From: Candidatus Jordarchaeia archaeon
Lineage (GTDB): Archaea > Asgardarchaeota > Jordiarchaeia > Jordiarchaeales > Jordiarchaeaceae
Direction of reading: 5' to 3'
DNA: 31,092 nt
Assembly: GCA_029856435.1 (NCBI GenBank)
Contig: JAHQXB010000026.1
Coordinates: forward strand, 1-31,092
Shown: positions 18,237-26,781 of the stretch, in pieces
Position numbering within the stretch: the first letter of the stretch is position 1
Layout: every line of letters begins with the position of its first letter
Position numbers and translations under genes: made by a program
The notes under the pieces: generated by a model
Told to the model about the DNA's origin: nothing
The model's database searches: none
What the model saw: only the letters and a program-made list of their open reading frames with translations

Positions 18237-18343
18237 GGTGATGTAGAATTGTTCGGTTTCGCCTCAAAAAGGGGTGTTTATAGGGCTTCTTTCACGATTT
18301 GGAACCTTATTAGGGAGATGAAGCCGAATAAATCTGCATCACC
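18237..18343. mobile_element. MITE family A copy (107 bp), best preserved
   Basis: 29-bp arms match at 23/29 (GGTGATGTAGAATTGTTCGGTTTCGCCTC vs reverse complement GGTGATGCAGATTTATTCGGCTTCATCTC). Perfect 9-bp TSD CTAAGCACT (18228-18236, 18344-18352). Confidence 0.9.
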
Positions 18344-18613
18344 CTAAGCACTTTAGACAATATTTAACTATGAGAATTGTACTCTTTACTCAAAAATTAA
18401 ATTCAAATTGTAGATTGCTATCGGAAAAGGTTTAATCCCATCGCAAAACATTATAATATGAGAAAATTTCGTAAATCAAAAGGAAGATACCCGAAATCGA
18501 TGAAGCAAACCGGCAAGAATGACCTATGGGGATGATTAATTATAGTTACGCTGAGACGGGAAATGTTCCTAACAAACTCAAAACACCTATTTTCGCTCCA
18601 TTAATCATAGTTA

Positions 18614-19090
18614 GTGACAATAATGATTACAAGATCTGAGAAAAAAGGTGTTTACTCTCTACTAATAGAAATCACTAGGGGAACGAGGATTCAGATAGGC
18701 AGATTGGGAATAATCAAACTACCAGCTGGGTTCTATGTGTATACTGGATCTGCCATGGGAAAGGGGTCCAGTAGTTTGGAGGGCAGAATAAAGAGGCATC
18801 TCTCAGATAAAAAGAATAATTTTTGGCACATTGATTATCTTCTCGCAGGCAATAACTCAAAAATTATTGGTGTAATTTTTGCTGAAGCTTTAAGAAACAG
18901 AGAGCATGATGTGGTGAAAGAGCTTAAGACACGGGGAGAAGTGATTTGTAAAAAATTCGGTGCTAGTGACTGCAAAAGAGGCTGTGTAAGCCATTTACTT
19001 TATGTGCGCCAAAACCTAAGCGAGATTTTATATATTATAAGGGAAACATATAAAAAACTTAACCTAGAACCCATAACCATAATATTTTAA
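18614..19090 (+). CDS. GIY-YIG/Uri superfamily endonuclease (DUF123-like)
   Basis: GVYSLL...GFYVYTGSA...RIKRH...WHIDYLL and FGASDC...C.SHL motifs. The start may be ATG 18623. Confidence 0.9.
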   Translation: MTIMITRSEKKGVYSLLIEITRGTRIQIGRLGIIKLPAGFYVYTGSAMGKGSSSLEGRIKRHLSDKKNNFWHIDYLLAGNNSKIIGVIFAEALRNREHDVVKELKTRGEVICKKFGASDCKRGCVSHLLYVRQNLSEILYIIRETYKKLNLEPITIIF

Positions 19091-19317
19091 ATACTGGCTG
19101 AGTAGAGCTGCAAGAACAGCTTTTATGGCTTCTCCCGTTAGAACTGGTGTTTCTGGGGATCGTTCTTCTCATCATCGTCAAAAAATAGGTATGTCTTCCT
19201 CACTTAAGCACACCGGTTTTAAGCTCAAACCCTAGGACTTTTTTCGTACTTTTGAGTACACACACAAAAGGCAATACTTTCAAGCAACAGGTGCTATGCT
19301 TTGTTTTCGGTATAGTT

Positions 19318-20397
19318 TTATTTTTCTATAATTGTTTCCTCTATGGTTTTTCCAAAGTGTCGTCCGCCTGTGATGGTGTAAATCAGAATTTCGTCTCCCT
19401 TTTTTAGTTTTGCAACAGAAATAGGTTTTCCGTCTTTGTCCACTAAGTTTACTGTTTCAGCGTTTTGAACCAGCGTTTTGAAACACTTCCTATCTAATTC
19501 CACCTGCACAATTAGTAAGGGTCTTTTTTCTATCTTTACGCGTCCCACAACAACTTCCCGACAATTTCCCTGATAATCAACTGCAAGTACGTTGTCACCT
19601 GCTTCGAGTTCTGAAAGATACTTCGTTTTTCCGTCCGCCATCAATACATATGCGTGAACCGCTCCTGCATTCACTCTGAAGGGTCTGGGTGTTGCAAATT
19701 CTGTTTGAAGGGTTTCACTATGGATGAGGAATAAACCTTGGGATTGGCTACCTACCAGCATTCCTTCCCCTTCTTTGAGAAGTGAACAGGTATCTATGCA
19801 GACGCGGTCTCCCGATCCTACCTCCTTTACCTCCACAACTTTTGCTGCGGTTAATTCAAGTCTTTTGGGCATCTCAATTATTTTCTTTAGCTCCGTTATT
19901 TCTTTGGCCGTTTTGGGTGTGAACACCACCCCATCAACTCCGATTTCTAGAGTTTGGAAAAGGGTTTTCGCCTCATCCAAGTTTCTGGCTTCAGCATATA
20001 GCTCTGTGGAGGATTTGTGGAGTTCCGCAATCAAGTTTTCTATGGGAATTATTTTCCAGTCTTCAGTTTCCACAATAACATATGGAACTCCCATTTTAGA
20101 AAGTTCAGAGACTTTCTCTTCGTCTTTCTTAGTTTTTATGTTTACCCAACACGCTACCTTTTTTTCATGCTCCAAGATTCTTAGAATTTTTTCGGAACTG
20201 GTCTCTGTAACAATCAATACATCTGGTTTGGGATTCTCGGAAGGGGAAAAAACAGTCACTGAACCCAGTTGCTTAAGTTGAGGTATGACTGATTTGTCTG
20301 CTATGAAGGTGTTTATTCCGCTGGTCATTGAAGTTACAGCCAGTCCCTTAATGTCCTCCCAGCCACCATTAAGACGTATTACTATCTTCTTCATCAC
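19318..20397 (-). CDS. aroB': 3-dehydroquinate synthase II
   Basis: DWKIIPIENLIA, GDRVCIDTCS, RPFRVNAGAVHAY, QNAETV and GRHFG motifs of the MJ1249 family. Confidence 0.96.
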   Translation of the reverse strand: MMKKIVIRLNGGWEDIKGLAVTSMTSGINTFIADKSVIPQLKQLGSVTVFSPSENPKPDVLIVTETSSEKILRILEHEKKVACWVNIKTKKDEEKVSELSKMGVPYVIVETEDWKIIPIENLIAELHKSSTELYAEARNLDEAKTLFQTLEIGVDGVVFTPKTAKEITELKKIIEMPKRLELTAAKVVEVKEVGSGDRVCIDTCSLLKEGEGMLVGSQSQGLFLIHSETLQTEFATPRPFRVNAGAVHAYVLMADGKTKYLSELEAGDNVLAVDYQGNCREVVVGRVKIEKRPLLIVQVELDRKCFKTLVQNAETVNLVDKDGKPISVAKLKKGDEILIYTITGGRHFGKTIEETIIEK

Positions 20398-21176
20398 TTT
20401 GACCCCAAGATTTCTAGTGCTTCCTTCACCGAGATTCCCTTTTTAACTATTTCTGATACTGCTCTTACGAAGGCTGTGGGGTTCGGGTGTTGGAATGCGT
20501 TTCTCCCCATAGCTACGCCCATGGCTCCCGCTTCCATGGAATCCTTAACCATTTGAAGGGCTTCACTGTCAGTCTCTGTTTTAGGTCCTCCCGCAATAAT
20601 AATAGGCACCGGGCACCCCTCAACCACCTTTGAAAAGGTGTCTACTTTCCCTGTGAACGGCGTTTTTATAATGTCTGCTCCTAGCTCCGCCCCTATTCTT
20701 GAAGCGTGGGCGATAACCTTTGGATCAAATGCATCAATATTTTTACCGCGAGGATACATCATAGCAATTAGGGGCATTTGCCAATCTTCACATTCCGTTG
20801 ATATCTGACCCAGATCCTTTAGCATCTCTGGTTCCCTTTCACTTCCAATGTTAACGTGTATGGAAACTGCGTCTACTCCAAGTTTTACTGCTTCCTCTAC
20901 TGTACCTACAATCACCTTCCAGTTAGGATCCGGTCCAAGAGCGGTGCTTCCTGAAATATGCATTATTAGCCCACAATTAGGTGCTTTCTCTAGCTGTTTA
21001 ATTATACCTTTGTGAAGCAAAACTGCCGTTGCTCCTCCTTTTGAAACTAGTTCCACCATGCTCTTAATGTTTTCAAGTCCCTTAATTGGTCCATTGGTAA
21101 CTCCATGATCCATGGGAATTATTACAGATTTGTTGTTTTCCATTATTCGCCTCAATCTAAGTTCTTTTCCTCTCAT
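20394..21176 (-). CDS. aroA': 2-amino-3,7-dideoxy-D-threo-hept-6-ulosonate (ADH) synthase, class I aldolase
   Basis: PMDHG, MMYPRG, AELGADIIKT, IAGGPK and GRNAFQ motifs (DhnA/MJ0400-type aldolase). Adjacency to DHQ synthase II supports the ADH synthase role. Confidence 0.9.
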   Translation of the reverse strand: MRGKELRLRRIMENNKSVIIPMDHGVTNGPIKGLENIKSMVELVSKGGATAVLLHKGIIKQLEKAPNCGLIMHISGSTALGPDPNWKVIVGTVEEAVKLGVDAVSIHVNIGSEREPEMLKDLGQISTECEDWQMPLIAMMYPRGKNIDAFDPKVIAHASRIGAELGADIIKTPFTGKVDTFSKVVEGCPVPIIIAGGPKTETDSEALQMVKDSMEAGAMGVAMGRNAFQHPNPTAFVRAVSEIVKKGISVKEALEILGSK

Positions 21177-21187
21177 TTTTCATTCTC

Positions 21188-22249
21188 TCACAAAAGTTTT
21201 TTTGCATATAAAAGTTCAGCGTTTAGAACTACGGCTCCAGCTGCGCCTCTGATAGTGTTATGACTAATTAGAGTCAAAAGTAAATGATTCTCATCAAATC
21301 CCTGCCTTACTCTTCCCACTGTTACACTCATTCCTGGAACTGTACCTGCCATGCGATCCAATCTTGGCTGAGGCCTGTCTTCCTCGTTTCTGACTATTAC
21401 GGGTTTTTTGGGAGCTGAGGGTAAGTTCAGTCTTTGGGGTTCCCCTTCAAATTCGCTGAGAACTTTTTTGGCTTCTTCAACATCTACTGGCTCCTTGGTT
21501 TTGATGAAAACGGTTTCAGTGTGTCCATCAATTACTGGTACCCTGTTACATGAGACCGCTATTTTGAAATCTGCAAATTTAACCTCCCCATCTTTGATTT
21601 TACCCAAAATTTTTAGGTTCTCCGTCATCACTTTTTTCTCTTCGTCTTTGATATACGGAATTATATTGTCCGTGATTAGTAATCCGGGGACGCCGGGGAG
21701 GCCTGCTCCCGAAATGGCCTGCATGGTACTTACATACACTGTATCGAGTCCGAAACGGTCATAAATGGGCTTAAGAACCATAGCCAAACCAATGGTCGTG
21801 CAATTAGGGTCAGTCACTATATAACCATCCCACCCTCTATTTTCTCTCTGTACTTCGATTAGTTGAAGATGGTCCGGGTTTACCTCTGGAATAACTAAGG
21901 GCACATCTTTTTCCATTCTGTAGGCGCTGGCGTTGCTGGCAACCACGCAGCCCACCTCTGCAAAATTCTTCTCAACCTCTTTCGCTATATCTGAAGGCAG
22001 GGCTGAAAAAACTAGGCGCGCACCCGTTTCTCGGGGGTCAGTATTTACCACCGTCATATCCCTTATTTCCTCAGGAATGTCCATAGGGAGGTGCCAGTTT
22101 ACGGCGGCTTCCTTGTACTTTTTACTAGCAGATCTTTCCGAAGCTGCGATGGAGACAATATTAAACCAAGGATGGTTATAGACCATTTCTATTAGTCTTT
22201 GGCCCACGGTTCCTGTGCAACCCAAAATTGAGACGTCTATCTTTTTCAA
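21188..22249 (-). CDS. asd: Aspartate-semialdehyde dehydrogenase
   Basis: [26 protein letters not shown] catalytic Cys, [15 protein letters not shown] and HNTIRGAAG motifs. Confidence 0.98.
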   Translation of the reverse strand: MKKIDVSILGCTGTVGQRLIEMVYNHPWFNIVSIAASERSASKKYKEAAVNWHLPMDIPEEIRDMTVVNTDPRETGARLVFSALPSDIAKEVEKNFAEVGCVVASNASAYRMEKDVPLVIPEVNPDHLQLIEVQRENRGWDGYIVTDPNCTTIGLAMVLKPIYDRFGLDTVYVSTMQAISGAGLPGVPGLLITDNIIPYIKDEEKKVMTENLKILGKIKDGEVKFADFKIAVSCNRVPVIDGHTETVFIKTKEPVDVEEAKKVLSEFEGEPQRLNLPSAPKKPVIVRNEEDRPQPRLDRMAGTVPGMSVTVGRVRQGFDENHLLLTLISHNTIRGAAGAVVLNAELLYAKKLL

Positions 22250-23481
22250 TCTTTAACCTCCAGATTCTTTTTAATTAGATCCGTTGCCTTTCCTTTTTCT
22301 TTTTGATTAACGAAAATTCTCACACTTGAGCTTATGGTCAGAATTCCAAAAATGTTGATTTTCGCTTTTCCGAGGAGACTTGTAACCGTATCAACTATGC
22401 CCGGTGAGGTTTCTAAATTTCCACCCTTAACAGTAATCATTGAAAGATTCTCGAAAAGAGAAATCGCCTTACCTAACCCCTTTTCTCTAATTGTCCTATG
22501 GATTGAGTTTACTACCTTTTTAGTATTTTCACCAGATATGTATAATATTAGAGATAAGGGCTCTAAAGCTGCGGATAAAATTTTTCCTCCCGCCTCTCTT
22601 ACCGCTGAAAGGATGGAGAACAACGCTTCGGGTTTAACAGCCTCTTCCCCAACTATTGTGATCATAGAAACATTAGTGTCACTGGCTAAAACCTGCAGTT
22701 CTGGGAAACCTGAACCTGTTATCACTGTTCCGGTAGCTGTTAGGTCTCCATTTTGAAAACCGACAATCCTTATCAGCATATCTCGAGGTTTGAACCATAA
22801 GGCCTTGGGATGGATTATTTTGGCTCCTGCTGAGGTGAGTCTAACCACCTCCTCTGTGTCTAGCGACTTTATGAGGGCAGTGCTCTCAATAAAGTCGGGA
22901 TCTCCCGTAAGAACGCCTTCCACATCCTTAACCAAAATTACTTCTTTGGCCGCCAAACAGTTTCCAATCAGTACTGCAGACGTATCACTTCCACCACGTC
23001 CCAGTGTGGTGATTTGGCCATGAAGAGTCTTCCCCAGAAATCCGCATACAACTGGAACCACCTGACTCTCTATCAAAGGAGTTAATTTTTCTACTACCGC
23101 CTTTTTTGTTTCCTTAACAAGGGGGTCTGCGTTTCCAAAGCGGTCGTTTGTAAAGATAGGCCAATACTCGGAGTAAGGGTCTATAGAAATACTCTTGACT
23201 CCTGCGGATCTCAGCGCCGAGGCCATCAGGCGGGCCGCCACCCTTTCACCCATAGACAGTATCTCATCCAGTTCCGCTGAGCTTATATTTCCCCCAGTAG
23301 ATCCTTCAGCTAACCTTAATAACTGGTCGGTGGTTCCCTTTAGAGCAGATACAACTACCACTACGTTCCTACCCTTAATGGTTTCCGCAACTACCATCTT
23401 AGCTGCTTTTACCAGGTCCTCACTGGTGGACAAACAAGAACCACCAAATTTAACCACGATGGTGTTGTCTGTATTCAACAT
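22246..23481 (-). CDS. lysC: Aspartate kinase with C-terminal ACT domains
   Basis: [30 protein letters not shown] and [11 protein letters not shown] motifs, followed by two ACT-like repeats. Confidence 0.95.
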   Translation of the reverse strand: MLNTDNTIVVKFGGSCLSTSEDLVKAAKMVVAETIKGRNVVVVVSALKGTTDQLLRLAEGSTGGNISSAELDEILSMGERVAARLMASALRSAGVKSISIDPYSEYWPIFTNDRFGNADPLVKETKKAVVEKLTPLIESQVVPVVCGFLGKTLHGQITTLGRGGSDTSAVLIGNCLAAKEVILVKDVEGVLTGDPDFIESTALIKSLDTEEVVRLTSAGAKIIHPKALWFKPRDMLIRIVGFQNGDLTATGTVITGSGFPELQVLASDTNVSMITIVGEEAVKPEALFSILSAVREAGGKILSAALEPLSLILYISGENTKKVVNSIHRTIREKGLGKAISLFENLSMITVKGGNLETSPGIVDTVTSLLGKAKINIFGILTISSSVRIFVNQKEKGKATDLIKKNLEVKD

Positions 23482-23547
23482 AAAATCCCTCTAAAAACAG
23501 TTTTTGTTTGAATTTTTCAGAAATCAAATCTAAACTAAAAACAGTAC

Positions 23548-23697
23548 GTTGGCAAGGACTTAAAGCTAAATAAATTGGCAGGGCATCACCGCGCCACCAC
23601 GTCCAAGTTCGCTCCATAGATATTGGCAGGGCATCACCAATTCAAACCACCTAAATAATAGTGGTTCATCCTTATATTATACAAGGTATTAAATGTT
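23548..23697 (-). promoter_or_regulatory. 5' leader of the lysC-asd-aroA'-aroB' operon with direct repeats and uORFs
   Basis: Two exact 17-bp repeats (23574-23590, 23622-23638) plus a partial third (23548-23559). uORFs at 23669-23634 and 23634-23566. BRE/TATA-like CGAAACATTTAATAC on the minus strand near 23700-23686. Confidence 0.55.
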
Positions 23698-24092
23698 TCG
23701 CAAACACATCGTAATCTATGAACCTAAAGCATAATATTGAATATTCACCTTTAATTTTTCACATCGCCTTTTAGTTAAACTATTCCAAATTGGATTTGCA
23801 GAAAATGTCTTTTACATAGATTCTTTTTGGGGTTGCTGTCCTTACTTTTAATCGCAACACACAGTTTTGGGGGACTTTTTAAGTTGGAGGCAGCCTTTTC
23901 TCCCCCATTTTTAAACACCCATGTGTAATAAAAATGGAGCATTTGAAGACGCAAAAAAGTTGAGCAATGGAATTCAACTCCGCAATAGGCCAACATCCTC
24001 GGAAGCGTTGTTTAAATATGATGAACACCACAACGCTTTTTAAAGAATAATGTCAATTTATTCACGAACCTTGCTAATAAGAGGTGTCTAAA

Positions 24093-24377
24093 ATGTCTGA
24101 GAGTGCTACGGCTGTAGGCAGAAAATGTGTTATCATAAACTATATTCGCAGAGCAGACGACCAAAAAAACAAATTTATGGAAGTTAAAATACAAGGGGTT
24201 GATTCAGATAAAGAAGCTTCTAGATTCATTGGCAGATGGGTGGTGTGGCAAACTGCCTCTGGGAAAAAATTGAGAGGGAAAATCGTCAAAGTCCACGGTA
24301 AAAACGGTTTAGTGAAAGTTAGATTCCAAAAAGGCTTACCGGGGCAAGCTATCGGAAAAGAAGCAGAGTTAGTTTAG
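24093..24377 (+). CDS. rpl35ae: 50S ribosomal protein L35Ae
   Basis: NYIRR...Q...KIQGVDS...ASRFIGRWVVW...GKIVKVHGKNGLVKVRFQKGLPGQAIG matches the L35Ae family. ATG 24093 follows a GAGGTG SD. Confidence 0.95.
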   Translation: MSESATAVGRKCVIINYIRRADDQKNKFMEVKIQGVDSDKEASRFIGRWVVWQTASGKKLRGKIVKVHGKNGLVKVRFQKGLPGQAIGKEAELV

Positions 24378-24565
24378 ATACCTCCTTCTTTTCAAATTTA
24401 TTCTTTAAACTCATTTTTATCAGTGCCCATTTTTCACTCTTAGAATTAATGCAACCAGAAAAAGGTTAAGAATTTCCAGTCTTCCCACCCTATTAGGAAA
24501 AATCAGCTCCTCTTTATCAAAAATGGAATAAGAATTTATGCTAAAATGGATAGGGGGTAATACAG

Positions 24566-25321
24566 GTGTTGGCAGTCCCTTTTTTGGGTCCCGCTGGTTC
24601 AGGTAAAACCTCTCTTGCAGGAAGTTTTGGTGAATTTCTAGCCGAAAAGAACTACAATGTAAAAATTTTCAATCTGGATGCAGGGGCAGAGTACTTGCCC
24701 TACACACCAGCTTTTGATATACGGGATTTTTTCAATGTTTACGAAATAATGAAAACTGAACACATTGGTCCAAATGCTTCTATAATAAGGGCAAGTCAGA
24801 AGATATATGAAATGTCAGAGCAGATTTTAGAACAAATGAAAAAAACCCTAGCCGACTTTATACTCATAGATTTTCCTGGGCAACTGGAAGTTTTTGCCTT
24901 TAAACCTACTGGAAGCCTGTTTATGGAAAAACTCCAACGCAATATGCGCGTTTGCGGGGTCTTCCTATTAGGCGCAGACACCTCTCCCACTGCTTCAGGA
25001 TTCGTTGTCGCTCTTCTCATGAGTATGGCGGTTCAAATACAACTTGGCATAAGCCTAATAACAGTACTCCATAAGTCAGATATGCTAAAATCCAAAGAAT
25101 TTGTGGGGATGCTTAACAATCCGGCGCTACTCAGAAAAAAAATTACGGATGCAGAGCAGGGTGGAGTAATAAATGATCTAGCTCTGGACTCTCTTAAAAT
25201 AATAAATAAAGTGAGACCCGCGGTGAGAGTAATTGCAACTTCGATAATAAATCGTGAAGGATACGAAGATCTCTTCGATCTTCTTCACGAAATTTTCTGC
25301 AGCTGTGGAGACAACCTATAA
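24566..25321 (+). CDS. GPN-loop GTPase
   Basis: GPAGSGKT P-loop, NLDAG, IGPNAS (GPN motif), DFPGQLE, LHKSD and C-terminal FCSCGD. Confidence 0.95.
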   Translation: MLAVPFLGPAGSGKTSLAGSFGEFLAEKNYNVKIFNLDAGAEYLPYTPAFDIRDFFNVYEIMKTEHIGPNASIIRASQKIYEMSEQILEQMKKTLADFILIDFPGQLEVFAFKPTGSLFMEKLQRNMRVCGVFLLGADTSPTASGFVVALLMSMAVQIQLGISLITVLHKSDMLKSKEFVGMLNNPALLRKKITDAEQGGVINDLALDSLKIINKVRPAVRVIATSIINREGYEDLFDLLHEIFCSCGDNL

Positions 25322-25669
25322 TTTGAAGAACTATTTTTAAAGCAATCCTCCCCGTTTGGATTACTTCGGGCATTCTGATCTTTTTGGATTTTTAGTAAGA
25401 TTTTTATTAACCTTTATAAATTTCTTTAGTTGTATGTATTTAGCTGTTGTGGTTGAATAACGGATACTGGGGCTCTAAAACCTCAAAGGAAGCCTTATTT
25501 GGACTTTGGTGAATGTTTTCCACCCCGGAAAAGAAAATAAAATGTCCCTCCTTTCAGGAAAAGGAAGCATATAACACCAGATCGGCTCCCAAGAGCTAAA
25601 TATATACCTTTAATTACTTACCCTATTGGAGGTTCTTGTAATCTAATTCGTTGACTTTGGGGGTTTAAA

Positions 25670-26068
25670 TTGTTTCTGGTTGCTGATTCATCTTTCCTTT
25701 ACAGCCTTATTGAAGGGGATCCAAAAGCTACTGAGTATTGGGGAAAGGCGAAGGCCGAAGGAAGCCGAATATTTGTGCCTACCACGTCAATAACTTTCTT
25801 TGTTTCAAAATGCTTTCGGGAAGGGAGGGGCGAATACGTCGACTTGATGCTTGCGGTTTTGAGGCAAACCCTAAATGTCAGCGTAATTGTATGCGATGTC
25901 GGTGTTTCCATTGATGCGGGACGAATTCTTAACAACCTAAATACTGGCGTAGAGGAGGCTTTTGTACTTGCCGTTGCAGGCCTAAAGAAGGCTGAAGGTG
26001 TGCTAACTCTACTAAAAGACAATTACGCCAAAGCCATTCAGGAAGGTCTCATAAGCAAGCTGCCCTAA
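25670..26068 (+). CDS. PIN-domain (VapC-like) protein with degenerate active site
   Basis: N-terminal LVADSSFL, IFVPTTSI and A.VLAVA...VLT follow PIN secondary-structure order. Several acidic catalytic positions appear substituted. Confidence 0.75.
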   Translation: MFLVADSSFLYSLIEGDPKATEYWGKAKAEGSRIFVPTTSITFFVSKCFREGRGEYVDLMLAVLRQTLNVSVIVCDVGVSIDAGRILNNLNTGVEEAFVLAVAGLKKAEGVLTLLKDNYAKAIQEGLISKLP

Positions 26069-26295
26069 AAATTACCCTTAAAACTCAATACTTCCCTATC
26101 AATAGACACAACCATTTGGCGCCCCCAATTTAAATTGCTTTTGTGGTTTTTACTTCTAAACCAAATTTGCGTCTATGTGCTCTTAAAAAGCATTTTCATA
26201 AATTTATAAGAAGAGCAACTTTTTGAAGAATATCAACCATCAAACTTATATGCTCCATTAACAATTTTGATTTAACCAAAATCGGGGGTTAAAGC

Positions 26296-26730
26296 TTGAA
26301 AACAGTGGATAACTTAGACCGAAAAATACTGGAGGCACTCGAAAAAGACTCCCGAACCTCCCTTAAAGAAATAGCTATGAAAACTGGGGTAAGCGTAGGA
26401 ACAGTAAATAACAGGCTCAAAAAATTGATAAATCTAAAGGTAATAAAGCAATTTATGATTTCAATAGACTGGAGAAAGCTCGACTTTGACATTCTAGCCA
26501 TACTGCTAATCGAAACTAAATATCAAAAGACCGCAGAAGTTGCAAAAAAAATCGCAAAATATCCTGAAGTCATCAAACTATACACTTGCACTGGCGGCAT
26601 CTTCGATATCATAGCTCTGGTAAAAAGCAAGAATATGGAAAGCTACTCCCTCTTCAAACAGAAGAAAGTAGACCAACTCCCCGAAATAGAAAAAGTGAGA
26701 GACCTAATGGTCACAGACGAATACGTCTAA
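26296..26730 (+). CDS. Lrp/AsnC family transcriptional regulator
   Basis: LDRKILEALEKDSRTSLKEIA...VSVGTVNNRLKKL HTH followed by a RAM domain (YTCTGGIFDII). Confidence 0.96.
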   Translation: MKTVDNLDRKILEALEKDSRTSLKEIAMKTGVSVGTVNNRLKKLINLKVIKQFMISIDWRKLDFDILAILLIETKYQKTAEVAKKIAKYPEVIKLYTCTGGIFDIIALVKSKNMESYSLFKQKKVDQLPEIEKVRDLMVTDEYV

Positions 26731-26781
26731 CAAAAAATTAAAGAAAAAAATACTACAAACCATCTCAAAAAATTGGAAAGC
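26731..26781. terminator. Oligo-T tracts between convergent rpoB and Lrp genes (probable rpoB terminator on the minus strand)
   Basis: The minus strand after the rpoB stop reads ...CAATTTTTTGAG...GTATTTTTTTCTTTAATTTTTTG. Archaeal intrinsic terminators are oligo-T tracts. Confidence 0.5.

Noticed and set aside
18458-18535. 25-aa basic peptide MRKFRKSKGRYPKSMKQTGKNDLWG as ribosomal protein L41e
   Set aside because: The length matches, but the Arg/Lys-run pattern of L41e is absent. No independent support.
19080-19205. Possible frameshifted small gene on the minus strand (MRKTYLFFDDDE... / ...TGEAIKAVLAALLSQYL)
   Set aside because: It needs an assumed frameshift and no family is recognisable.
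23574-23638. 17-bp repeats with a 31-bp spacer as a mini-CRISPR or lysine riboswitch
   Set aside because: The repeat is too short for CRISPR, and no lysine-riboswitch consensus (AGAGG start, long multi-stem core) is recognisable.
23752-23769. TTTTCACATCGCC resembling a family A MITE right end
   Set aside because: No matching left arm ~107 bp upstream and no TSD.
23775-24194. ORFs 23775-23996 and 24012-24194 as genes
   Set aside because: No recognisable motifs or SD, and the second overlaps rpl35ae on the opposite strand.
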